Source: Kiritimatiellales bacterium (lineage in GTDB: Bacteria > Verrucomicrobiota > Kiritimatiellia > Kiritimatiellales > Pontiellaceae). Taken from it: DNA of 41,721 nucleotides. The notes under the pieces are model-generated. The model saw only the letters and a list, made by a program, of their open reading frames with translations, did no database searches and was not told the origin of the DNA. This document shows, piece after piece, positions 32,930 through 41,721 of this stretch. The stretch's first letter is position 1. Each line of letters starts with the position of its first letter. The position numbers were made by a program, and so were the translations under genes. The stretch is taken from contig JAUXGY010000001.1 in NCBI GenBank assembly GCA_030621805.1, positions 1-41,721 of the forward strand. Reading direction: 5' to 3'.

Positions 32930-34126
32930 ATGAAGAGAATCAAAACGTGGCTGATGCTCTTGCTCGGAGTCGGGGTTGCTGCCGTGGTGGTGCTTTTGGC
33001 CTTGCGGGCTGCCCAGCCTGTGCTCCCTCCGGTACGTGCGCTGTGGGTGACGCGCTTTGACTACACCACGCCCGACGATGTTCAACAGATTGTTAACCAT
33101 GTTGCCGAGGCAGGATTTACCGATCTCTTTTTTCAAATTCGCGGAAATGGAACGACTTTCTACAAGAGCCAGCTCGAACCTTGGGCATTTGAACTTTCCG
33201 GCGATGAGGTGGGCTTACTGGGCACCGATCCGGGTTGGGATCCACTTCAATTGGCACTCGATACGGCACGGCCACACGGCCTGCGCGTGCATGCCTATAT
33301 GAATGTCCTTCCCGGATGGAAGGGACGGGAGGATCCTCCTGCGGGTGCTGAGCAGTTGTGGACGGCGCATCCCGACTGGTTCATGGTGGATTCGCTGGGG
33401 CAGAAGATGCTTCCAACTGCGGGCTGGTATGCCTTTATCAATCCGGTGCGGTCTGAAGTGCGCGCACATTTGCGGGGGATTGTCGGCGAGCTGTGTCACT
33501 ATGATGTGGCAGGCATTCACTTGGATTATATCCGGTATCCAGAGGACTACCGTCTCGTGGCCAGCGAGCATTATCCCGAGGCTTCGGAGGAGGAGATCCT
33601 GCGGCATTCCGATTTTTCATACGACCCTGCTTCGCAGGCCGCCTTGTTAAAGCGCTACGGCTGGGAGGTGTCCAAAAAAAAGATTGTGGATTTCCGGTGC
33701 GATTCGGTGACGCGCGTGGTGCGCGACATTTCATACACCATGCAGACGAAGCGGCCGGGCCAGTGCCTGCTGACGGCGAGCGTGATGGGGAACCCGGTGG
33801 AGGGACGGGCGCATGCCTATCAGGATTCCGGTGCGTGGGTGCGGCAGGGTTTGGTTGATTGGGTGGTACAGATGAATTATGGCACTAAATCCTTCGATCC
33901 CAATCTCAAGGCCATCCGGAAGGCGGCGGGTCGGCGCGGATTCAGTTCGTCGGTGGTGGTGGGGCTTTACTGCAAAAACGATGCGGAGGAGGTTGCTGCT
34001 CAGATCGATCAGGTTGATGCTTCCGGATGTCGCGGGGTTGCCCTCTTTTCCTATTCATTCCTGTTTGATGAATCCCACCAGATCACCGAAAAAGGCCGGA
34101 TACTCCTCTCGAAGATCCGGCCTTAG
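32930..34126 (+). CDS. Glycoside hydrolase-like family 10 (GHL10/YddW-like) protein
   Basis: VRALWV, FFQIRG.G, WDPL, GLRVHAY, GIHLDYIRYP, YQD..W and QMNY; N-terminal TM/signal; start at MKRIK. Confidence 0.9.
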   Translation: MKRIKTWLMLLLGVGVAAVVVLLALRAAQPVLPPVRALWVTRFDYTTPDDVQQIVNHVAEAGFTDLFFQIRGNGTTFYKSQLEPWAFELSGDEVGLLGTDPGWDPLQLALDTARPHGLRVHAYMNVLPGWKGREDPPAGAEQLWTAHPDWFMVDSLGQKMLPTAGWYAFINPVRSEVRAHLRGIVGELCHYDVAGIHLDYIRYPEDYRLVASEHYPEASEEEILRHSDFSYDPASQAALLKRYGWEVSKKKIVDFRCDSVTRVVRDISYTMQTKRPGQCLLTASVMGNPVEGRAHAYQDSGAWVRQGLVDWVVQMNYGTKSFDPNLKAIRKAAGRRGFSSSVVVGLYCKNDAEEVAAQIDQVDASGCRGVALFSYSFLFDESHQITEKGRILLSKIRP

Positions 34127-34146
34127 AACAGTAGGATTTTATCTGG

Positions 34147-36129
34147 TTATTCTGGAATCTCGGTCTCCAGCAAGGAGGTTTTTGTTGCTGGTTCTTCTTC
34201 TGACTCTGGTTGCGGCTCGGGCTCTTCCGTTTGCTTGGCCTTGTTTCGTTCGATCAGCTTGAGCACTTTTTTCTCTGCCTTCTTCCGCTCTTCGGGTTGT
34301 TCGGCATACTTGCAGGCCGTCGCATAACTGGCCCATGCCAGCAGACTGTTGGGCGCAAGCTCGGTGGCTTTGTTCAGCGATGCCATCGCCGCATCGAATT
34401 CCTTGAGCAATAACTGGCTGTTGCCCAGTCCAACCCATGTGCTTGGAATCGCCCCGTTTCCCTGCACCAGCAGGGAAAAGATGGCTTTTGATTCGACCGG
34501 CCGATTGAGGGCGAGGAAAATCCGACCCGAACCAATGAGCTCGGCAGGGTTTCCGGCACGGCACCCCTTACCGACCTTTGCGGCATATTCCGACCGTGCC
34601 GCTTCGAGTTTGACCAATCCTGCGGTTTGCACCTCTTTGTTATTCAGCAACGGGGCAAACTCCTCCTTGTTCAGCAGAAGGATGGCGGTGGTTCCGTCAA
34701 AGTAGGCCAGCCTCCAGATCCGCCGGGAGAGCAGGGTAACCACTCCTTGCGTGGAGATCGGGTTCAGGGTGTTAAGAATAATAGCCTCGGGGCGGTATTC
34801 TTCGAAGATCCGGTCATAGGCCGCGGGGTCTCCGAGCATCATGCTGTTGAGGTCTTCAAGCAGTTCGATCGGGTAGCGTCCGGGACGGTAGTCGATACAG
34901 ATCTTGCGGTTGTAGTTGAAGGCCAGATAGCCGCCGTCGGCGGCGAGGTTGAGGGTCTTTTCTCCCGATGGGAAGGCTTCGTGGGTAAGGAGGGCTTCTA
35001 GATCATTGGGATAGAGCTCTTCCTGCATGCCGAACCCAAAGGATGAAGTGCTGCCCAGCTTGGCATAGGCACAGTTGCTCACAATGGGGATGATCGACAA
35101 AATGAGGAGCAGGATGAGAATGCCTTGGGACAGCGGAGCCAGTAGTTTGGCCTGTTTACCCATCAGGGTTTTGAAGGATCCTTGTAGTGCTTCGCCAATC
35201 GCCGTAAAACTCAGTACCATGAAGGGAAAGGAGAGCACGGTGAAGAGCTGAACCGTGCGGGGCATGGTGTACGCCAGAAAGGCTCCGATAACCGCGAGGG
35301 TGGTGAGCATGATCGGCAAGCGTTTCTTAAGGGTGATCAGGCCGCCGGCTCCCAGAATGAGAACAAGGAAGATGAGGGGTTTTTGGCTTGGGATTTGGAA
35401 GTAATCCCCGAGTAGCGACGTCCAGTAGGTGGGGGCGGGCTGCATGATGCCTGCTATGACTTGACTATGCAGTTTGGTAAAATAGGGATTGATCAAGGTT
35501 GCAGCCAGAAGCGCGAGGGTAAGGCCCCCCATTATTCCAGGGGCAATGCCGATCTCTTTTTTGCGGCTGGCTCCTTTGGTGCTTTGCACGGTCTGTATGG
35601 TGACCAGCACCGCAATGATCGGACCCAGCAGGAAGGAGCCATGTAGGTTGGTCCACAGAATCTGGAGCGGGATAAGGATGCCGAAGAGCAGGGCTGGCTT
35701 CTTGAGGGTTGAGAGTAGATAAATAAACAAGGCGACGAAGAGCATCATGATGGTTTGCGGCCCAACATCCACGCTCCGGAAAATCAGATGCCCACAGAGA
35801 AGCAGGGCAAATCCTTGGCTCAATCCGCCGCCCCATTTTTCAGCAACCTTGAGCAGAAGGATAAAGGCGGCAAGCAGGCAGAGGACATTAACAAGAATCA
35901 GGGCGGATCCTCCGCCGACGCTCCAAAGAGTGTGGGTGATTTTGTCGTAGAGGGGGGTGGTGTTGATCGCGCTGTCGACTTCCAGATAGGAGATGGGGGC
36001 GTTAGTTCGGCCTTGTGCGAGGTGGGTCCAAATCTCGGGAGTGCTAATGGTTCGGATGCCGATTACGGCAATAAAGACTAGCCCCAGGATGGCAAAGATG
36101 GTTGGCGCAGCAGACAGCTTCTTGCTCAT
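34147..36129 (-). CDS. Polytopic membrane protein (GT-C-like by inference) with C-terminal TPR repeats
   Basis: IWTHL..G, LWTNLHGSFLLGP and many TM segments; TPR-like WVGLGNS..A..LNKATELAP. Confidence 0.8.
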   Translation of the reverse strand: MSKKLSAAPTIFAILGLVFIAVIGIRTISTPEIWTHLAQGRTNAPISYLEVDSAINTTPLYDKITHTLWSVGGGSALILVNVLCLLAAFILLLKVAEKWGGGLSQGFALLLCGHLIFRSVDVGPQTIMMLFVALFIYLLSTLKKPALLFGILIPLQILWTNLHGSFLLGPIIAVLVTIQTVQSTKGASRKKEIGIAPGIMGGLTLALLAATLINPYFTKLHSQVIAGIMQPAPTYWTSLLGDYFQIPSQKPLIFLVLILGAGGLITLKKRLPIMLTTLAVIGAFLAYTMPRTVQLFTVLSFPFMVLSFTAIGEALQGSFKTLMGKQAKLLAPLSQGILILLLILSIIPIVSNCAYAKLGSTSSFGFGMQEELYPNDLEALLTHEAFPSGEKTLNLAADGGYLAFNYNRKICIDYRPGRYPIELLEDLNSMMLGDPAAYDRIFEEYRPEAIILNTLNPISTQGVVTLLSRRIWRLAYFDGTTAILLLNKEEFAPLLNNKEVQTAGLVKLEAARSEYAAKVGKGCRAGNPAELIGSGRIFLALNRPVESKAIFSLLVQGNGAIPSTWVGLGNSQLLLKEFDAAMASLNKATELAPNSLLAWASYATACKYAEQPEERKKAEKKVLKLIERNKAKQTEEPEPQPESEEEPATKTSLLETEIPE

Positions 36130-36204
36130 AACTTCTCCCTAGTTAATAATCCAGTAATGCTACGGTCATTCATAATCGCATTGCAAGGGGCGATTAGACG
36201 AAAA

Positions 36205-38688
36205 TCAAAAGAGGTCGAGTTGCGAAATATTGGCCTTGAGCTTGTGCGGGCGTTTCTTCGCAATCTTCGGTTGGCCGGTATCACCAAACTCACCGTCTTC
36301 AAGATTATTGAGAATATCGTTCGCCCGCTCAATCACTTCATCTGGAAGACCGGCAAGGCGGGCCACCTGGATCCCATAGCTCTTGTCCGCCGCGCCCGGA
36401 ACAATCTTGCGCAGGAACGTGATGGCCTGTCCCTTTTCCTTCACCAGTACGCTAAAATTTTTCACGTTGGGCAGGGTTAGCGCGAGGTCGGTCAGCTCAT
36501 GGTAGTGCGTTGCGAAAAGCGTTTTTGCCTGCATGGCGGGATTTTTACAGAGGTATTCTGCGACCGACCAAGCGATGCTGATGCCGTCGAACGTGCTGGT
36601 TCCTCGCCCGATTTCGTCCAGCACGATCAGGCTCTTGGGTGTGGCGTTGTTTAGAATATTGGCGGTCTCCTGCATCTCCACCATGAAGGTGGAGCGACCG
36701 CGCGCGAGATCGTCGCTTGCGCCGACCCGCGTGAAGACGCGGTCGACCACGCCGATCTCCGCCGAGGACGCTGGAACGAAGCAACCCATGTGCGCCATGA
36801 TGGCAATCAACGCCACCTGCCGAATATAGGTCGATTTGCCTGCCATGTTGGGACCCGTGATAATGATCAACTGGTGTGTCTCGCAGTCGAGTGTTGTATC
36901 GTTCGGGACAAAGCGTTCTGCATCCGGCATCTGCTCTACCACTGCGTGGCGACCATCGCGGATTTCCAGCTTGCCGTTGTCGGTCATCTGCGGGCGTGTA
37001 TAGTTGTTCGAAAGCGCGCGCTCGGCGAAGGTGGCAAGTACATCCACTTGCCCGATGGCCAGCGCGTTATGCTGAATGGTTTCGAGATGTTCAACGACCT
37101 GCCGCCGTACCTCGGTAAAGAGTTCCTGCTCCAGCCCGACCGACCGTTCCTGCGCGCCGAAGATTTTGTTTTCGTATTCCTTGAGTTCGGGGGTAATAAA
37201 ACGCTCGGCATTCACGAGGGTCTGCTTGCGAATGTAGGTTTCCGGCACATCGGCGAGATAGCTTTTGCTGATTTCGATGTAGTAGCCAAACACCTTGTTG
37301 TGCCGAACCTTCAGCGACTTAATGCCGGTCCGCTCGATCTCCGAGGCCTGAAAATCCGCCAGCCACTTGCGCCCCTGTGTCGCCGCGTCGCGCAGTTCAT
37401 CGAGGTCCGCGTGGTAGCCCGGACGGATCACGCCGCCATCCTTCAGATTCAGCGGAGGTTCGTCCACGATCGCCGTGTCGATCAGTGCTACTAGTTCCGG
37501 CAAGGGGGTCATCTGTTCCCCCAGCGATTCAAGCATTGTGCCTTTTCCGGACAGGAGCGATTTGATAAGGGGCATCTGTTGGAGCGAGGCCCCCATGGCA
37601 CGCACATCGCGCGGGTTGGCGCTCGTGGAACCAATGCGAGAGATCAACCGCTCCACATCCTTGATGTCGCCCAGCACATCGCGCAGGGAGCGTAGATAGG
37701 TTTGGTTGCCCACCATCAACTCTACCGCATCATGCCGTCCATGGATTCGCTCCAAATCGTTCAGTGGACGCAGCAGCCACTCGCGTAGCAGGCGGCCACC
37801 CATGGCGGTGCAGGTTGAGTCCAGTACGTTGAGCAGCGTGGCTTTGTAGGCGGCGCGGGTATTGATCGGGACCACTAGCTCCAGATTCGTTGCCGTGGTT
37901 TCATCCATCAGCATATAGTCCGCCGGATTTTTAACGCGGAGATTCCGGACGTGGGAAAGGTTCCTTCGCAGCTCCGTCTTTACATAATAGAGCATTCCGC
38001 CCGCCGCACCCACTCCGGCCGAGAGAGCCGAGCAGCCAAACCCTTCCAGTGAGTGGACATCAAAATGCCGCAGCAAAAAATCATTTGCGTTCGACTGCTC
38101 AAACGTCCAATCCTCGCACGCCGTGAGCAGGGTATCGGTAGCGTCGAGCGTCAGTTCGCCCAGCTGCTCCTCGGCCATCACGCATTCCGCGGGCGCATAG
38201 CGCGACAGGTTGGCCTGTACGCTCGCCAGATCGTTCGATTCCTCAATCCAAAACTCGCCGGTCGAAAGATCCAGCATCGCCAATCCGAAGCACTCCTTCT
38301 CGCGGAATAGCCCCGCCAAAAAGTTGTTTTGGTTGTGGTCCAGCGTCACCTCGTCGAGGATGGTGCCCGGCGTGACGATCCGCGTGACATCGCGCTTCAC
38401 AATGCCCTTGGCTTCCGCAGGATCCTCCACCTGCTCGCAGATGGCCACTTTTACACCGGCTTTCACCAACCGTTCGAGATAGCCCGCTGCGGCGTGGTAG
38501 GGGATGCCGCACATCGGTGTCGTGTGCCGTTTCGTCAGAGTGATGCCGAGGATATCCGAAGCCACCTTCGCATCGTCGAAGAACATTTCATAGAAATCGC
38601 CCAGCCGGAAAAAGAGGATGGTATCCTCCGGCAGTTCGCGCCGTATCGATCGATACTGCGCCATCATCGGTGTTTCCTTCTTCGCCAT
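36205..38688 (-). CDS. mutS: DNA mismatch repair protein MutS
   Basis: TPMMAQY, GDFYEMF, TGPNMAGKST, STFMVEM, DEIGRGTST and SYGIQVA motifs. Confidence 0.99.
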   Translation of the reverse strand: MAKKETPMMAQYRSIRRELPEDTILFFRLGDFYEMFFDDAKVASDILGITLTKRHTTPMCGIPYHAAAGYLERLVKAGVKVAICEQVEDPAEAKGIVKRDVTRIVTPGTILDEVTLDHNQNNFLAGLFREKECFGLAMLDLSTGEFWIEESNDLASVQANLSRYAPAECVMAEEQLGELTLDATDTLLTACEDWTFEQSNANDFLLRHFDVHSLEGFGCSALSAGVGAAGGMLYYVKTELRRNLSHVRNLRVKNPADYMLMDETTATNLELVVPINTRAAYKATLLNVLDSTCTAMGGRLLREWLLRPLNDLERIHGRHDAVELMVGNQTYLRSLRDVLGDIKDVERLISRIGSTSANPRDVRAMGASLQQMPLIKSLLSGKGTMLESLGEQMTPLPELVALIDTAIVDEPPLNLKDGGVIRPGYHADLDELRDAATQGRKWLADFQASEIERTGIKSLKVRHNKVFGYYIEISKSYLADVPETYIRKQTLVNAERFITPELKEYENKIFGAQERSVGLEQELFTEVRRQVVEHLETIQHNALAIGQVDVLATFAERALSNNYTRPQMTDNGKLEIRDGRHAVVEQMPDAERFVPNDTTLDCETHQLIIITGPNMAGKSTYIRQVALIAIMAHMGCFVPASSAEIGVVDRVFTRVGASDDLARGRSTFMVEMQETANILNNATPKSLIVLDEIGRGTSTFDGISIAWSVAEYLCKNPAMQAKTLFATHYHELTDLALTLPNVKNFSVLVKEKGQAITFLRKIVPGAADKSYGIQVARLAGLPDEVIERANDILNNLEDGEFGDTGQPKIAKKRPHKLKANISQLDLF

Positions 38689-38831
38689 GGGTCTCCTTGA
38701 AAATCAAAGAAACCATTCTATCCAGACGGAGAGACGAATCAATCCCCGAATCGCTGGAGATTAAGGGCGGCCTAAAAAAGAAGGCGCCCGGATGGACGCC
38801 ACTGGATTGGATTTTTCCGAATCAGATTGCG

Positions 38832-40031
38832 TTACCAGCTAAGGCGGAGGGCGGAGGTTACGCCGTAGCCGTTGTAGTCGTCACCGGTTGACGCGAGGCC
38901 TTTACCAAAGTTGTATTCGACCGCGTTCTGCCATTTGAGTTTGTGGCCGTAAAGATACCAGTTGAAACCCAGTAGCAGGTTGTGTGCAGTTTCAACCCTT
39001 TCATCGGCGTTTTTAGAGGCATAGCGCGACATCTTGACGTCTGCCTGATTGTCGAGGCTGGTCACTCCTGCGTATTGAAGGACGAGTTGTAGGCTATCGG
39101 TAACGTTGTAGAAGGGCATGATATCCACACCGAGCAGGTCGCTTCCGTGGGACTGATCGGCAATGCCTTTGGCTCCGGCCACATCGGCCCAGAGCCCTAG
39201 CTTTTCGTTGATCATCTGCTTGTAGACGAGGGCGACCACGTGTTCGAGGTCTTTTGAGCCGACCGAGTAGTCACTTGTGTAATCGGGATCGTTGTAAACA
39301 TAGTCCAGACGAAGCGATCCTTTGTCTCCAATCTTGTGTCCGGCGGACAGCAGGGCAAAATAGCCGCTTTCAAAGTGTCCGAATTCGTTCTCCTTGCTGG
39401 CGGAAAATCCACCCACTTTATAGGACCAATCTTCGATGGCTCCAGAAAGGCCTGCTCCGGTAAAATACTCTGTGGTGAACCAGAGGTTTTCGGCCACAAT
39501 ACTACGTTCCGGAACGAGAAGTTTTTTGGAGGAGGTAGCACCGTCGAGAGTGAATCCGGCGGACTGTTTTCCTACTTTCACCTTTGCGGCTTTCGAAGAA
39601 CTCCAGCCGACGTAGGCATCGGTCAGGCGGCCATAGAACGCATCCCATGAATCTTCATCCACATCGTTCATATCTCCATCCATTTCAGCGTGCAGGGTGA
39701 AATCGTGGAAGAGCTTGGCTTTAAAACCAAGGCGGAGGCGTCTCCATTCAACATCTTCATATGAAGACTCTTCGCTTTGGAAGGAGTAGGCATCGCCCTG
39801 CAAGCGTCCGGTGAACGCCAGGCTTTGGAGGACGTTCGCGTCGTCGTTGTCGATAAACTTAGCGGTGTCCCAGATTTTATCATAAATTGAGGCGCTGCTG
39901 GATGAGCTTTCAATATCTTCCGCAGACACCTCTGATCCCGGCACGGCGGCACCGAGGTTCTTTTCGGCGAAGCCCGAAAGTGTAGAAATCGCGAGACCCA
40001 AGGTTATGCTGCATATGATTTTTTTATTCAT
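38832..40031 (-). CDS. OprO/OprP-like outer-membrane porin
   Basis: Signal peptide, GRLQ.D, WRRLRLG, DAYV, KVGK, LLVPERS, LGFNWY..GHKLKWQ and C-terminal W. Confidence 0.85.
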   Translation of the reverse strand: MNKKIICSITLGLAISTLSGFAEKNLGAAVPGSEVSAEDIESSSSSASIYDKIWDTAKFIDNDDANVLQSLAFTGRLQGDAYSFQSEESSYEDVEWRRLRLGFKAKLFHDFTLHAEMDGDMNDVDEDSWDAFYGRLTDAYVGWSSSKAAKVKVGKQSAGFTLDGATSSKKLLVPERSIVAENLWFTTEYFTGAGLSGAIEDWSYKVGGFSASKENEFGHFESGYFALLSAGHKIGDKGSLRLDYVYNDPDYTSDYSVGSKDLEHVVALVYKQMINEKLGLWADVAGAKGIADQSHGSDLLGVDIMPFYNVTDSLQLVLQYAGVTSLDNQADVKMSRYASKNADERVETAHNLLLGFNWYLYGHKLKWQNAVEYNFGKGLASTGDDYNGYGVTSALRLSW

Positions 40032-40305
40032 TGGTTAGTACCCTTTGTTTTGGTTCGTTGGTTGTGTGTTCATCTTAAGGTAGAAAGAAAAGCTAACAAG
40101 GGAGATTGGGAGTCCTCTTTTCAGTCGCGAAATTTTCCGCGCTTGGGTTCCCCTTTGCTCTCCTTTGCATGGGTCAAAGATGGGCGCCGAATGTTAGCGC
40201 TGTGTGAGCGAACCATTAAAGATTGGTATGGGGAAAGAGGGAGGCGATAGGCCAAAAAATGGAACCTTCACACCCGCATCGGAAAGGCCGGGCTTGATCT
40301 ACTCA

Positions 40306-41001
40306 TCAGCGGTTCACGGGGACTAGATTATCGTCGAAGCGGTCGTTTATCTTTGCTTTCTTGATTCGACCCACGTTTTTCTCAAGATTGGAGGGGCTTC
40401 CTTTTATGCAGATTATTTTTCCATTGTCGTCCTCGATAAAAACAAGATAGCCTTTGTACTGGTCTCCGTATTTGTTGCTGTAGGAGCTGTCTGAGTAACT
40501 TACCGAGCGTTGATTTCCGGAAAACTCCACCGTCTTTTGGTGTTCAAAGGAGAATTCATGCTTGGCCTTGTCAAGAATCCATAACTCATCGTCACGAATG
40601 TCTTCTGCGAAAACGTACAGGTGAGCGGTAAACTTCCTGTTCGAGGGGGCTTTGTTTTTTTTGAGCAGGGTTACCTTGCCTTTAATTTTTTCCTTCCTGC
40701 GGGAGTAGCCGTATCCATCGGAAGAAGTCTGTTTGTTTTCCTTCTTGATGTTAACCTCGATATCGATTTTAGGAGGGACTACGTTTTTCAGGTACTCTAG
40801 ATCTTTTTGGCTAAGGCCGTTTTGTGGAACTTTGATCTGTTTTCCTTCCGCTGTTTTTAAAACAACTTTTCCGGAAAAAATCTTTACGAATTCAGCTTCG
40901 ATGGAGTTGCCCTTTTTATCGGTCCATACACGCATTTCAGCATGGACGGTTGTTCCGCCGATCACCCACACAATCAAGATTACAAGCCATTGTTTTTTCA
41001 T
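40306..41001 (-). CDS. Secreted SHD1-domain protein
   Basis: Signal peptide ending VHA, then RVWTDKKGNSIEAEF...VVLK...LSQKDLEYL (SLA1 homology domain 1 pattern). Confidence 0.8.
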   Translation of the reverse strand: MKKQWLVILIVWVIGGTTVHAEMRVWTDKKGNSIEAEFVKIFSGKVVLKTAEGKQIKVPQNGLSQKDLEYLKNVVPPKIDIEVNIKKENKQTSSDGYGYSRRKEKIKGKVTLLKKNKAPSNRKFTAHLYVFAEDIRDDELWILDKAKHEFSFEHQKTVEFSGNQRSVSYSDSSYSNKYGDQYKGYLVFIEDDNGKIICIKGSPSNLEKNVGRIKKAKINDRFDDNLVPVNR

Positions 41002-41122
41002 TGCTTCCCCCAACGTTCGTATGCGTTTTTTTCATACAAGAAGCAAGTATGCTTAAAATAAGGAGGCTTAACAAGCAATTTATTATTAAGGCAACGCGGC
41101 CGCGCAAGGTCGCGTCTGCAGA

Positions 41123-41721
41123 TCAATCTTTTTTGTTTTTAGACGGGACTTGTTTTTTATGTGCCGGGCGCCCGTTTTCCTTGCCACTCTTCTGTCGATC
41201 AGCGGAGGGAAGGGCAATGTCGGAGAGGTCGGACTGGGTGCTGAGCAGGAGCAGGCGAAGTTGGTCTTCGATGTGAACGGGATAGGGAAGGACGCGCATT
41301 TGCAACAGGACCTGCACCTGGTTGGGGGTGAGCTTCAAGCCCTTGTATTCCGCGGGCAGAACAAATTTACAGCCCTCTTTCCAGCCGGAACAACCGTAGG
41401 CGATCTTGCCTTTAATGACCTCCTTTCCACAGAGGGGACAATCGCCCAAGCGGTCGGTATCGAGTTTGGAGGATGAACTCTTTTCGATCAGTCCACGGGT
41501 GTAGGAAACAATGCCGTCCATAAAGTCGACCGGGTCGGTTTCCTTGCGTTCGATTTGCTTGAGTTTTTCTTCCCACTCACCCGTCATTTCAGGCGATTTG
41601 AGCAGGGGATCGTGGATCAGGGCAATTAGGCATCGCCCCATATCGGAGGCGCGGATCTGTTTCTTTTCGCGGCGGATATAACTGCGCCGGAGTAGGGTTT
41701 CAATGATGGCGGCGCGGGTGG
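41123..41721 (-). CDS. topB: DNA topoisomerase III, C-terminal part (gene starts beyond the window)
   Basis: TRAAIIETLLRRSYI...LKSPEMTGEWEEKL and Zn-ribbon LGDCPLCG...YGCSGWKEGCKF. Confidence 0.92.
   Translation of the reverse strand, partial: TRAAIIETLLRRSYIRREKKQIRASDMGRCLIALIHDPLLKSPEMTGEWEEKLKQIERKETDPVDFMDGIVSYTRGLIEKSSSSKLDTDRLGDCPLCGKEVIKGKIAYGCSGWKEGCKFVLPAEYKGLKLTPNQVQVLLQMRVLPYPVHIEDQLRLLLLSTQSDLSDIALPSADRQKSGKENGRPAHKKQVPSKNKKD

Overview
Bacterial chromosomal window. A PVC-superphylum origin (Kiritimatiellota/Verrucomicrobiota-like) is inferred from gene content only. Both flanks are housekeeping. Left flank: ftsK 3' end, rodZ-like gene, pgsA, SDR, metallophosphoesterase, acylphosphatase, methyltransferase, monomeric icd, pcnB. 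Right flank: split coaC/coaB, frr, pyrH, GHL10 hydrolase, membrane/TPR protein, mutS, OprO/P porin, SHD1 protein, topB 3' end. The centre (about 10.6-30.2 kb) is a co-oriented 15-gene anaerobic respiration cluster in two blocks. Block 1 encodes a DsrL/GltD-like NAD(P)H flavo-FeS protein, a Tat Rieske protein, a fused cytochrome b6/subunit IV, a decaheme cytochrome c, a strongly divergent Tat-exported Nap/Nas-family molybdoenzyme, NapG, NapH and two uncharacterised putative metal-binding membrane proteins. Block 2 encodes NapD, a canonical NapA, two tetraheme cytochromes and an NrfC/NrfD module. Block 1 is the best candidate for an undescribed system: a Rieske/cytochrome b complex with an NAD(P)H module wired to a molybdoenzyme of uncertain substrate. 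Intergenic regions hold two GTAG-type REP families, a four-copy MITE-like palindrome family (one copy inside an ORF) and two candidate RNA structures. All calls come from reading motifs by eye; no database searches were run.
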